Below, piece by piece: positions 1 through 12,861 of a stretch of 64,000 bases of DNA. Origin of the DNA: Fistulifera solaris (taxonomy: Eukaryota); assembly GCA_030295235.1 (NCBI GenBank), contig AP026156.1:1-64000 (forward strand), in the 5' to 3' direction. The notes under the pieces were generated by a model, which did no database searches, was not told the origin of the DNA, and saw only the letters and a program-made list of their open reading frames with translations. How positions within the stretch are numbered: position 1 is the stretch's first letter; each line of letters opens with the position of its first letter. A program made the position numbers and the translations under genes.

Positions 1-1619
1 ATCGTTACTGATGGATGGTTATACTAGATTGACTCTAAAGGAGATGTTTCTTTTGCGTTTTGCTGATATACACGAGACTGCTCTTTCGGCCTTCTTCTAA
101 CCAAAGTAGTGCCTATTCGCTGAAACGGCTATACGTATTGGTGCATCGATGGGTTTTCCTGGTTCGCACTTCTACCAAGGGCTGCACGAGGCCAAGATAG
201 CGCTCGAAGAAAGTACTTCTCTTCATCTCCGTCCTGGTGGCGTCGAAGAGAAAGGCAACAAACGCGAACTTCCGGGCGAGTTTTTCAACTATCTTGCCAA
301 AATTTTACAGGAGGTCTCGCGGTTCGCGACATCTCGAAGGGAAAATCACGACTTCAAGTTGAACTTAAAACGTACAATAAAACTTAAGGTACAACAAACT
401 TAAATCTAAAATGCATCCACCAGATGATCCATGAGATAATACTTAGCTGGAAACGGCCCCTCATTGAACTTGAACTTGAAGTTTCTACTCCAGCGTTTCG
501 TCTTGAAGTTTCAATAGAAAACGTACAACATACTGGTTGCTGTGACGGATACGTGGTGCACGTCTACGCGGTGGTTTTCAAGGTGAACTTCTGTTTTCTG
601 TACCTTATTCAAATTTCTAATTTACTTACTGTAAGGAATAGTAGTCTAGTGAATGAACCAAGATTAAAAGTTCCAAGTGAACCAAATACTTCTTATAAAC
701 GCCCTTAATGCAATAAGAAGCCAAAGGAAACGGGAAACAGGTCCGATTACTGGGGATGTTCGCCCTACTCTTTTGCGAATACTGATCGATTACAATAGCC
801 ACTTTAGCCGATAATGATCAAGAAAGTCGAAAAGGCGTAAGGCTTAAGTCATTTTATGAGGACTTGACACTTGACACTTGACCGTTTGAATCGTACTCTC
901 CAGATTATTATTTTGGTCCCATCTTAGCTAAGGTTATTTCTCTCCCAATCTCGTCCTCGAATTAGTCTTGCATGAAGGGTCAGTGATGATCGCGTGATGA
1001 TCATGTGAAGGGCCTCCACGCAAAGCTTTTCTTTGTGTGGATCAAAGCAGCCGCTGGCAATGCGGTCGATCCTGCATACAGCAGTCGAATAAGATTCCTC
1101 CCAAACAGTAACGATTGCTGACTCGCTTGGTCTTACAAATATGATTTGAGGTGTTCAATCTGCGACATTGTTTCGCTCGTCTCTATCAATCCCTGATTAT
1201 TCTCTCGGAGAACCCTCTTTCGACTCACCGTCGATCTATCAAGGGGTTTGTTGCCATTGTATATTGCATCATCATTTTGACAAATATTTTATAGGACTGG
1301 ATTTCCTCTTGTTGCACATCCGGAAACCGAAAGACGACCAAGAGGAACGAACGATCCAAAACCAACGTTAGCCCGTGACTGAGATCCAGTCGTTCGAGAA
1401 TTGAACTACTACATTGGAGCTATAGTACAACGCCGACGGAACAAACCAAAAATGACACAAGAGATTGCATGAACCATTTGGTTGCATGTTGAATGAAAGC
1501 AAAGGGATGCTTTGCAGTTGCTGAAATCTTCATCTTTCTTTACTGCAAGTATAACTCAGTAAAGAAACATCACAGCAAGGCATTCTCTTCTTTTCTCTCG
1601 TTTCGACTCTTCTTCGACA

Positions 1620-2465
1620 ATGACGACGAACGATATCCGTTCGGAATTCATCCCAATCGGCGATCACCAATTGTGTTTGCACCATTATCCGACAACAACT
1701 CCGGAACCGACCACCGTCGTACTTTTGTTTCACGGTTTCTTGGCCCATGGTTTATATCCCACGGTCAAATATGCTGCACAAGTCTTACAGAAACAAAATT
1801 TGCGCGTCCTTTCGTACGATATGCAAGGACACGGACGTTCGGAAGGATTGTCGGGATATTTACCGAGTGCGGAAGCCGTCGTACAAGAAGCTGTCGCCGT
1901 CACACAGTACGTTCAAAACAAGTATTTGCCCAAAAGTTCTTTCTAGTGGGATCCAGTATGGGTGGAGCCATCGCCTTGGGTGTGTCACAGCAAATCTCGG
2001 TGACGGGCGGTGTCATTTTGTTGGCGCCCATGTTGCAATTGTCCGTGTCGTCCTTCGAACAAGTCGTGTTACAGGGCTTGGCCGCAGTACTACCGACCCT
2101 TTCCTGTATTCCTCCAAATCCACCTCGGCGGATCTACAATACCGCGATCCTGCGAAGCGACAGGAATGTGAAGACGATCCGTTGGTGCCCAAAACCAACA
2201 CCATTCGTGTCGGATCGGCCAATACGTGCGTGCAATTGACGAAACGGGTCTCGGCTGTGGCGCCAACCGCCCCTGTTGATCTTGTTGGCCGATGAAGATG
2301 TCATTGTGCAAAATGAAGGGGCCGAACGACTGTTTGCCGCCGCCGAGTGCCCCGACAAGACCCTGAAACGATATCCGGGGCGCTGCATGGATTGTTGTGT
2401 GAAACGAGGCCATTGTTGGATCAAATCGAACACGATTTGGTCGAATGGGTACAAAGCGCCTGTAA
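1620..2465 (+). CDS. Alpha/beta hydrolase, monoacylglycerol lipase/lysophospholipase-like (Hydrolase_4); frameshifted in assembly
   Basis: Motifs VLLFHGF, SYDMQGHGRSEG, nucleophile elbow FLVGSSMGG, ILLAPM and DKTLKRYP are spread across overlapping ORFs 1620-1946, 1493-2239, 1747-2295 and 2276-2500. Confidence 0.85.
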
Positions 2466-2511
2466 TGAGTGAAAAGTATGCAATTTGGCGGTTTAAATGA
2501 TACAGAAGCTT

Positions 2512-3276
2512 TTATCTATTGTTACAATACATCACATTTTGGATAATAGCGATAACACACCGAAGCCACAGTCGTCGACACAACCATTTCGTACTCGGGC
2601 ATTTGACGCGGTATACATTGTAAGAGACGATTGGAGCCGACAAATCCATCGGCTTGTTCCGGTAAATACGTAACCTGGGTGACCTGCGACAACCAAAGGA
2701 ACGCAGAGAGGAAAGGGATTCTGCTCGCTGCACCGGCACGATGTCGGGATGTCGTACGCGAACCGCAAAGAATCCGGTCGTCGTTCCGACCGTCATGACT
2801 TGATCTTGCGTGGGTAACAATTCCTCCAGAGAACGATCTAAATGAATCAACACCGCATTCGCCGGAAAAAGGCAATCACTTGGTAGCAATTGCAGCAAAT
2901 CCTGAAGTTGCTGACCATTTTGAAATCGAACATAATTCATTCCTCGCTGTCGTGCGTACGCACGAATGGGCAAACTCGTCTGATCGGTTTCGCGATCGTC
3001 TTGTTGCGCCAGGAGCACGGAGGAAGAAGCATTGAGATGATAGGCATTGTAATCCCAAATCATCTCTTTGTCGGTATTTTGTAATTGATGTGGATGATTC
3101 CATGACATTCCCACAAGAATAGCAGCTAATATGATTACCAAATACCTATACGACGAAGGAAAGGAAGGATGTTGATGCTTTCTCTTAATTTTGTGAAACG
3201 TCCAGTAATTGCGGGTCAACTCTACCATCAACGGTTCTTCTTCTGAATTCATTCGACGCCGATTGTTGTGACTCAT
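2512..3276 (-). CDS. Hypothetical type II membrane protein, weakly GT34 (galactosyltransferase)-like
   Basis: Single N-terminal TM (YLVIILAAILVGMSW). RAYARQRGMNYV and NAVLIHLDRSLEELL resemble GT34 segments but no DxD is seen. Frameshifted in the 3' half. Confidence 0.4.
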   Translation of the reverse strand: MSHNNRRRMNSEEEPLMVELTRNYWTFHKIKRKHQHPSFPSSYRYLVIILAAILVGMSWNHPHQLQNTDKEMIWDYNAYHLNASSSVLLAQQDDRETDQTSLPIRAYARQRGMNYVRFQNGQQLQDLLQLLPSDCLFPANAVLIHLDRSLEELLPTQDQVMTVGTTTGFFAVRVRHPDIVPVQRAESLSSLRSFGCRRSPRLRIYRNKPMDLSAPIVSYNVYRVKCPSTKWLCRRLWLRCVIAIIQNVMYCNNR

Positions 3277-3487
3277 GACGCCTCAAAGTAGAAAGAATTA
3301 ATAGAAAATAATGAGAAGGGCGATTCAAGCCACACGATGATTTCCTTTGCGTGTCATGGGTCGTTTCGAAGATCTTTCGCATCGCATCGCAATGCGTTTT
3401 GCCGCGAACGGTGCATTCTACATTCTACAGGGTACAATGGTTACTGTGAGCCTCAGAAATTCCGTCGGCCTCAAAGTAAGGAAAACC

Positions 3488-4025
3488 ACATTTACTATAG
3501 CCCAAAGTGTGACCACGACTGTAATTCAGTCATGATTTAATTTTCATTGCGGGCGACAATGTTAACGACAATTCGTTCGTTCGCCGTTTTAGTGAGCTCT
3601 TTGTCGTTACTTCAATGAAATTTTTTGAACTTATTGAAAAAGCACTAGAGTGTATCATATTTATTCCTAATTTTCCTGAAATGCGGATGAAATAGTCTTT
3701 CGTAGCTTCACACGCATTGATATTTTACGTCGAAATGCTTGAGCGTTGCCACCCGTATTTTACTATGGATCAATGTGTTGTCCGTATTTCGATATTCTCT
3801 CGAGCGACAATATTATTACCTACAATTCGTACGTTACCAAATCCTTGCGCTGCATCTGTCATTGTTGCGATAAAATAGTCTTTAACCGCGTTTTGCCTTA
3901 CACGCTTGGATATTTGTAGGTTGAAAAGCCGGCGAAACGTTGTTGTCCGTATTTACTATAAGCCCAAAGTGTTGGTTTTAGGAGACCACGATTGCATTTC
4001 AGTCATGAGTCAGTATTTCGGAGTA
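3488..4025 (+). repeat. Degenerate tandem array (about 2.3 units) of a ~220-240 bp dispersed repeat with hairpin motif
   Basis: Blocks tttactat..cccaaagtgt, ccacga(c/t)tg..ttcagtcatga, gcgacaat, aattcgt(t/a)cgtt, aatagtcttt and acacgc recur internally and match the reverse complement of 56640-57100. Confidence 0.8.
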
Positions 4026-4353
4026 GTTGTTCGCAAGGTTGTTCGAGGAGTCAGATTGTCACCTCGCCAATATTTTCCTTTGCTACACACAACTAGATTA
4101 TTTGAGATAGTTTCAAAATGAAGGACCGAAAATGGAATGAATATCGTCCGCTATTCATTGTTCAAGGGAAAGCAGATTATGTCGTTAGTAAATCTAATAA
4201 CGGTACGATAGCCTGTCAGTACTACCATAGTATGCAACGAAACGTAAGAGTGTCAAGCAAGAAACGCAAACGACACTCTCGTCGTCGCCTCAGTTTTGTT
4301 GCATTGCAAAGATCTCTCAGTCCTTTTGCATTACCAGTTTCTCTTTTCTTAAC

Positions 4354-5573
4354 ATGCATTCAACAATCAACAGCTGCTTCGTCTTCTTCCTTGCCTGCTG
4401 CACAAGCGAGGCCTGGATCCCGCAACAACGGCAACGATTATCACACACATGTCTCGCCGCCGACACGGTCGATGCCCGTTACTATTCCTTGTTTGAAACA
4501 CCCTCCAAACACAAAAATACAGACACTCCCACCGGTCACACTAAATCGATTTTTGCAGGCCAAAGTCCAAGAGGAGCCCGAATTGCGGGACCTCGAGTCC
4601 TTGTATTTGGCCGTCCAAATGGCCTGCAAAACGATTTCCACCTTGGTGCATCGCGCCGGATTGGTGAATCCGACTTCCAACAAAGACAGTTATAGCGATG
4701 GACGTTATTACAGCATGAAACGATTGGATCTATTGTCGACCTTGGTCTTGAAAAATGCCCTCAAATATACGGGCAAATGTCAAGTCGTCGAACCGGCCGT
4801 GCGGTTGGATTCGGAATCGCCGGCCACGCATCAACCCGGTGTCCTCATTGCCAAGTCGTTGCAACAAGAGAAACGATCGTTTGTCGCAGTCTTGGATCCG
4901 TTGGATGGGAGTGGGAATGCGGATGCTTCGATTTGTACCGGAACGGTCTTTGGTGTCTTTGAACAATCCGAACCCAGTGACGAAGAAGAAGCACTCATTC
5001 AAGCCGTCTTACAACCCGCGCGAAACATGCGGGCCGCGGGTTATTGTTTGTATTCTTCGGCGACCGTCATGGTCGTGGCTATAGGAAATTCGGTACAGGG
5101 ATTTACGCTAGATCCACAAACGAAAGAATTTGTATTGACGCATCCGGATTTGACAGTTCCGACGCGCGGCAATGTGTACAGTTGCAATGAAGGGAACAGT
5201 GAAGGATGGGATCCTGCCTTTCGACAATACATACAAACCATCAAAACGGGACGTGGTCAAACGGGACAGCGCTACGCACATCGCTATGTCGGTAGCATGG
5301 TGGGTGACATTCATCGCACTTTGTTGTACGGAGGTATCTTTGTTATCCCCGTGACAATCAAGATCACCCGAATGGGAATTTGCAACTCTTATACAAGTCG
5401 GCGCCCATGGCCTACGTTGTCGAGAAAGCAGGAGGTCGGGCTTTGGGGATGCGGATCAGTCGCTGCTGGATATAACACCCGAGCGAGTGCATCAAAAGTA
5501 TCCGTGTTTCATGGGAAGTGCGGACGATGTGGCGGAATTGCAAGAATATTTGCGTTTGGAATCATCGCAATAA
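4354..5573 (+). CDS. fbp: Fructose-1,6-bisphosphatase class I homolog, predicted plastid-targeted, divergent active site
   Basis: Signal peptide MHSTINSCFVFFLACCTSEA-WIP, frameshifting into ORF 4118-5884. Motifs DPLDGSGN, AAGYCLYSS, YSCNEGN and RYVGSMVGDIHRTLLYGGIF. C-terminus ...CFMGSADDVAELQEYLRLESSQ* ends at 5573. Confidence 0.85.
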
Positions 5574-5711
5574 TTGTGCGTAAACAATTGGGAGGTTTTG
5601 CTCGTATTGGCCGGGTTGCAACAAATACTCCTAAAAGCAATACAGTACAAATAATCTTGACAAAGCATATCCACTTTTATTTACACAATTATTGGGCGAG
5701 CAAAGCAGCAC

Positions 5712-8700
5712 TCAAAGGTTCGTTAACGACTCTTCATCGTTTGGTTTCAGGCCGAGCGACACCAAACGACGATCGTCGGCATTCTCAGGAAACAACTCCT
5801 TTTCACGGAGCTCCGGTTGCAGATATGCACCCTGGACCAGCGAGAGGGCAAAGTTCTCATCACCATTGCGAAGATCGACCTTAAGACACTCTTTCGTGGG
5901 AAGATACTCGGCAACTCGAAAATGCTCTTGCCGTAAGTATGCGTTGAACAAGATCGTGATTATGAGGAGAGCTGCAAGCGATAGACAAATAATCCAACGT
6001 TAGAAAGGGAGACCATTGCGGTGTGTATGTTTTAAACAACACTTACGAGCCAAGAGTGGTGTCGCAATTCCGGCTTTTCAATCCCATGAGCCCCACCAAT
6101 GTGAGTTGCGCCACTATCATACAAATCTGGATAATCCGAATAAAACGGATCCAAATCTTTCCGCCGCTGTCTGGGAGCGAAGGATAGATGTACATAAACT
6201 GATGCAGAAAGGCCGGTCGCAATAGAATGAAACAGAAGCACAGGAAGAAGCATGTTAACGGTGCTATTACCTGGTACACCTGCGTATATTCGAGATAGAA
6301 TGGTAAGATTGTTATGTTTCCGATTAGGCATCTTCAAAGAGATTTGATCATGAAACTCACCATCACAATCATAAAGTTCAAGATAGAGAATTGAGCCACA
6401 TTCAAGGAATATTGAAAATGCGATGGATTCGACAGAGGACGAAGACCAAGAAATGGTTTCTGGCGCTGCTTTTCAGTTGAACGTGGCCCCAAGAGCTTTC
6501 GCAGATACGCTTGTATCAGCGGAACAATGCGCAGAGTTTCGAAAACGAGACCAGTTGCTGTGCTGACGAAGGCGAGCTGAATAAAGAATGTGGATTGTGC
6601 AGGAAGACTGTTGGCGAGAAGATCAATGGTCGACAACGGATCTTCAATTATTTTCTTAATTTCTTTAAACAGAGATCCGGAGATGGCAGACACGAAAAGG
6701 TTTGAATTATCAGAAATGCGGCCAGCTTGGTAAACGTTGATGCCTCGACTATGGAACCCGATACAGGTCCCTCCCACATTGAAAGTGCGCGTAAAATCTG
6801 TCGAAGACTACAGAAGGGTCAGGCACAGGATCGACATAGGATCGAAGATCGACTATCAACTTACATAACGTTTGACAGAAGAAGAAGTAGCGGAGCCAGC
6901 TGCTGAAGAATGGGTTCCAAAGCTGGAAATTCGTCAATTGCTTTCTCAACAAATTCGAATTGCCTTTTCAAGGACTCCACACTAGATAGCGACGCAATGA
7001 ATGCGATTGGAATTGTCCAAAGAAAGCAAATAGCAACAGAAGCTGTGCGGCTAAAGAGTCTCCCAAGTTGAAGGTCTTCATGTTCGCGTCCAACGTTTGT
7101 CCAAAACACGTCTTGAGGGCCAGGAGCCTCAGAGACCGACATTACGAAAGGAATATCGTGGTGGAGCATCTGCAATGCGGCATACTTCAAACTTAGCGTC
7201 CTAAAGGACACAAACCCGCCATTGTAGTACTCGCCATCGCGACCTGCGGCTACTACTCCTATCATATTTCCAGCTGATCTAACAGCATGGCTGGCTAGTT
7301 CAGATGCACCTTTCGCGCTTTCAATTACGCATCCAACAGCGCTAGCGGCTTTATTGGAAACGCCTAACGCCTTAGGTCTCTCCGGTCCATCGGGTTGCAT
7401 TGAGTGCCCTGATGTATGAGAAAGCACGTCTCCACCCGTTGTCTCTTCAGAATAAAGGCGATCCGGTGATCTTCCGTTTTGTTGGGAAAGCAATTTGTCA
7501 GACTCGGTAGCCCTCAAATTCTCCTGACCGCTCCTCGTCGATGAAATAGGTTGTGATAAGAATTCTCTCGGTGCGTGCCGAAAGATGATGCTCTCCATTG
7601 TAGAAATACGATGTGAAATTTCAGCGTTGAGACAACCAAGCTCGTGCGATAGGACTATGCAACCAACGAGTCAGTTTTAACATCAAAAGTCGAGCTGGCG
7701 TAACAATAAAGTAAGTTTACCTTCAATTGCGTCCAGTCGCTCACCCACAATCGCATTACCAACCATAGGGATAGCTGCTACAGCAGTTCCGACTCCAGGA
7801 ATATTACCAATTGAACCGGTTGTACGTGTAGGTGAACTTCCGCTTGATTCCTTGATTGCTAGCGCATTTTCCAATGCTATTACCGTTTGCGCACGTTTTG
7901 TCACAAGATCAGATAGCTTATTAGCAATTACTCGAACTTTCACATCAACAACTGGATTCCCACTAAAGCAGTGACCGAAAAATTCTTCGAGTTTGTCGTT
8001 AGATCGTAGTTCTGCTGGGATGTTGCTAACGTATACCCTGTTATGAGAGACAAGATGGAAGGAACAACAACAAGTGAGCGGATACATGAAAAGGCTTGCT
8101 TCATACATAGCCAACCAACTCACGTGTAGCTAGACGGCCTCGGTTTTCGAAGAAATTTGTGACGCATAGCTGAAAAAAGAAACGCAAATGTGGTAAGACG
8201 CTCACCCTTTGCTCGCTAGCCAACTTATCGTCTCAATTCAATCTCCCCGTTGTTTCATCACTCTTACCTGTGAACCACTCAAATTCTTGCACAATTAAAT
8301 ACATTATGTATCCAAAACAGATATAAGCAGACAATACGGTAGCTATAAGTCGTGGAGATCCGGGAGAAACATGAGACACTGTGATACGGACGACCCAGTC
8401 TGTGACCTTGTCCGTCTCCGGAGAAGATTCGGATGTTGCATAAACAGGAATCAACCATAGAGAGTTCAACATTCCCAAAGGCAGACTTTCTTTCCCATCC
8501 AAAGCGTCCTGAGAAAGCACAGAGCATCAAGGCCACACGCTTCTGCTATTTCGTCATCACTAAACGTAAACAGCATCCAAATCCAGGAAAAGCGCCCAAA
8601 CTGATTTTCCGCAAGAGAATTCTTCGCGCGGAATAAAGCATCAAGTAAGTACGGTGCGAGTACCTATTGCAGGCAAAAAGAAGTCACGACCAAAAAGGCA

Positions 8701-8888
8701 TACCTTAAGGTCTTCATTGTCCGTCCATCGACGAATCGTGTATGGGTGTGGAAACGAAATGCGCACAATGCAGAACAAAAGAATGCAACGACAAGCAACG
8801 ATCCGTAAATAGTTGCCATGTCACGGAGAACAGAAGCATCTCGGTAAGTACGCTGAAAGGCATCTGGTTCGTTGATACTCTGTGCCAT
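5712..8888 (-). CDS. OSCA/CSC1 (TMEM63/ERD4 family) calcium-permeable mechanosensitive channel, paralog 1, multi-exon
   Basis: Motifs VYVSNIPAELRSN, GGFVSFRT, APGPQDVFWTNV, CFLWTIPIAFIASL, LANSLPAQSTFFIQ, YQVIAPL and DSGGKIW, with GT-AG introns. Confidence 0.9.
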
Positions 8889-9184
8889 CGTTTCAAAGCC
8901 TATTAACCAACGTTGCTTCAAGCTCCTCGGGGTGATTGATTTCTAAGAGCGAAATTGCGATCGTAGAGAGTCAAGACGTTCGCGAGTGGTGCCGCACCAA
9001 CATTTTGTGAACAACATAAGGTCACGTTTCTCATTAGGGGTTCGCAAAATGTGAGTCCCTTTCAAAAGAACCATTTGGATCAGGGTTCACGCGTATCTTC
9101 GATATGAAGCTGAGTGAGTTGAGCTCCAAATTTTGCATCCGATACAAAACAAGTACAAATACGTCCAGCTGAATATCCAGTGTA

Positions 9185-12100
9185 TTATACGAACGACGAG
9201 GACTCCCCTTGGTTCTGTTTCAAGCCAAATGCGACCAAGCGACGATGGTCGACATTTTCAGGAAACAACTCCTTTTCGCGGAGCTCCGGTTGCAAGTAGG
9301 CACCCTGGACCAGCGAAACGGCAAAGTTATCACCATTACGGAGATCGACTTTCAGACACTCTTTTGTCGGAAGGTATTCTGCAACTCGGAAGTGCTCTTG
9401 TCGTAAGTATGCGTTAAACAGGACCGTGAATATAATGAGAGCTGGGGACGAAAATGAAAATATTTCGAAGTTAGAAACGTAAACCATTGCCCGGTGTACG
9501 TTCCACATGAAACACTTACGAGCCATGAGAGGAGTCGCAATTCCGGCTTTCTTCAGCCCCATGAGTCCCACCAATGTTATCTGCGCCACAATCATACAAA
9601 TCTGAATGATTCGAATAAATCGGATCCATATTTTCCCGCCGCTGTCGGGAAGGGTAGGGTATATGTAAACGAATTGATGAAGGAAAGCAGGTCGCAGCAC
9701 GATGAAACAAAAGCACAAAAAGCAGGTCAATGGTGCTATGGTCTGGTAAACCTGCAAGCAAGAGCAGTAAGAGAATTGTTTTGGGAACCAGCAGAGGCAG
9801 CGGTCGCGACGCTTACCATAACAATCATAAAGTATAAAATCGAGAACTGTGACATGTTCAATGAAAACTGGAAATACAAGGGATCGGACAAAGGCCGGAG
9901 GCCAAGGAAAGTTCTGCTTCGTTCCTTGTCTGTTACGCGCGGTCCCACAAATTTCCGCAAGTATGCCTGTATAAGCGGAATAATACGGATGTTTTCAAAG
10001 GCAAGGTCGGTCACGGTACCGACAAAGGCAAGCTGAATGAAGAATGTAGATTGTGCGGGAAGTGTTCTAGCGAGATGGTCGACAATGGACAGCGGATCTT
10101 CTGCAATTTGCTTGATCTCTTCCAATAGAGATCCCGAAATAGCTGTCACAAAGAATGTCTGAATGATCATAAAGGTGGCGAGCTTGGTGAAAGTCAACGC
10201 CTCAACAACAGATCCTGAAACGGGCCCTTCCCACATCGAGAGAGCTTTTAATATTTGCCGCAAGCTGCATCACGATATCAGATACAAGTTACAAAAAGAC
10301 ATCGGCAAGAAGGACCTGTACTTACATAACGTTTGACAAGACAATCAACAAGGGAGCAAGTTGCTGAAGGATGGGCTCCAATGCTGGGAATGCTTCAATT
10401 GCATCCTCGACAATATCAAACTGCCTTTTCAGACCCTCCACTGTGGAGAGCGAGGCAATGATAGTCATTGGGAAAGTCCAAAGAAAACAAATAGCAACCG
10501 AAGCCGAGCGACTTAGTAACTGCCCCAGTTGAAGCTCCTTGTATTCACGTCCTACATTTGCCCAAAACACATCTTGAGGATCCGGAGCTTCAAAACAGTC
10601 ATGAAGGACGGGGTCCCGTGGTGGAGCATCTGCAATGCTGCGTACTTTAAACTGAGTGTCCGGAAGGAGACGAAGCCTCCGTGGTAGTGCTCATAATCCC
10701 TAGCACCGGCAACCATTTTACAGCTGATCCGACGGCGTGTGTGGCGAGCTTGGAAGCGCCTTTCGCATTACCGATAACTGTACCGACCGCTTTTGTGGCC
10801 TTTTCGTAGCGCCGGAAGCTAATGACATGGCACTTCTCGAACTGTCATTGGGAACTGAGTGAGCAGATGTACCATGAAGCGAACTATTGTTTGATGTCTT
10901 TTGAGAGTAAGATCGATTTTCTGTTAATTGTTCTTCCTCCGGTTCCTCCGGTCGAGATAGTGGGTCGAAACTTGTGTGCGGAAGGGAATCGCTTTCCATC
11001 TTTCTTCGGCCCGTGTCTCTGGATTGATTGAATCGGCCGATTCTGTTCCGTGCTCTTCGGTATCAAACGGTCCTCGCGATCGCTTTGACGAAGGATTGAA
11101 TTCTTCCAACGATTCCGTTGCTGCAGTTTCACTCAGCATAGTCTCCACCAGCAATATCCGATTGGAGATATCCGCATTCAATTCCGCAAGCTCACGGAGA
11201 AGACTGGATGATTCGCAGCAATCATACATCAATTGAGTCAACGTTTGCAAACATTCTTTCACATGCACCACGACTCACATTCAATCGAATTCACACGCTC
11301 TCCCGCAACGGCGCTACCCAGAACCGGAATCGCCCCCGCCGCGCTACCTACTCGGGGATACCTCCCACGAGGCCCGTGTTGCGCGTGGGTGCCGTTCCGG
11401 TTTTGTCTTCCACCGCCAAGGCATGTTCCAGCTGGGCGATCACATGATCTCGTTTGTTTACTAAAGCGGACAATTTGTTCGCGACCACACGGATACGGGC
11501 GTCCACGACCGGATCTCCATTGAAACAGTGACGAAAGAACGATTCCAATTTTTGATTGGATCGTATCTCGGGTGGAATATTGCTGACGTAGACTCTGCGG
11601 TAGAACGAATGAGACAAACGGCAGCGGTTCGCTCTGCGTGCCGCTCACAACGAACTTACGTGTAATTGCGGGGTCTCGGCTTGCGAAGGAATTTGTGACG
11701 CATCCCTGTCCAGCTGCTGTGAGAAATTGGACTACAATTGTTCGTGTGCACACATTCGATTCGTACCGATAAACCACTCGAACTCTTGTACAATCAAATA
11801 CATGGTATACCCAAAGGCCACATAGGCCGCCACGACGGTTGCCACCAACCGCGCCGATCCCGGCGGAACATGCGATACGGTAATGCGAACGACCCAATCC
11901 GTGATTTTATCGGTTTCGGGCGACGACTCGGCCGTCGCATAAATCGGAATCAACCACACAGCATTGAACATGCCGACCATACACAATTTCTTGCCCATGG
12001 CCAGTGTCCGCAGAAAACACACCGCATCGAGACCACAATGTTCGGCCAATTCGTCATCCTCGAATCGAAAGAGCATCCATATCCACGAAAGGAATCCAAA

Positions 12101-12426
12101 TTGATTTTGTGCCAACGGACTCTGTTGAAGCGAGAAAAGTAATGAATATTACAATTGTTTGTAAAGAAATGAGGCAACTTAAACGTACCTTTAATTCCTC
12201 CTGCCATTTCCGAATGGTATACGGTCGTGGAAATGAAAGGCGAACATAACAAAGATAACAAACACAACAACGAGTAAGGATCCGTAAACGACCCCATATC
12301 CCTCAAAATGGCCGAGTCTTGGAGAATGGCCTTGGTGCTATTATTCGTTGTTGTTGAATTGATGTCTCCGAGCCATCGTGATGAGGAGTCATCATCGAGT
12401 AGTAGCAAGGGTGAATGGAACGCCAT
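9185..12426 (-). CDS. OSCA/CSC1 channel, paralog 2, multi-exon
   Basis: Motifs EHCGLDAVCFLRTL, VYVSNIPPEIRSN, DVFWANV, LARTLPAQSTFFIQ and YIYPTLPDSGGKIW. Same exon layout as paralog 1. Confidence 0.9.
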
Positions 12427-12861
12427 TTGCGTGAAATTATGTCATGAAGAAAGACAACATTAGTAGATGGTTGGGTCGAATAGTATGACAAGAGGCGCAT
12501 CGAATTCTGCCATTTGGAACATTTATTTTTGTTTCGCAGAAAATGTTTTGCGTTTGTGGTTTCGTCGCGCGGACGATGATTGGATTGATTGGACTTTTGA
12601 CAGAATAGTAATCTACAGTTTTGATGAGTGTATAATACCGGTGAGTAATCATTACCGGTACGACTCTACGTCTGCACGTCGTTCCCTCCATGACGCGCAG
12701 GATCGCGCGACGTTCGTTCATCGAGAAAAGATACACCCTCAACCAAAGGTACAAAGTCTACGACAAGCAACGCGTGAGTTGAAGCACGTCACTAACGAAG
12801 AGATCGCTGCAGAGCATCAACAACAACAACAACAATCAATACCCCGAACGATACTTTGACC

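Noticed and set aside
862..882. acttgac x3, and similar short tandem duplications at 56491-56514 and 59850-59881
   Set aside because: These are ordinary slippage-type micro-duplications with no further structure.
1..1490. Short ORFs 149-403, 424-708 and 1168-1371
   Set aside because: They have no recognisable motifs and cannot be supported as genes.
3488..4025. CRISPR-like or hammerhead/retrozyme reading of the hairpin repeat
   Set aside because: Spacing is about 220 bp with homologous rather than unique spacers, and there are no cas genes. The CUGANGA core appears in only one copy (near 18942).
4118..4353. ORF-track N-terminus of the 588-aa FBPase ORF
   Set aside because: The ATG at 4354 in another frame gives a proper signal peptide with an A-W cleavage motif, so the upstream part is likely non-coding.
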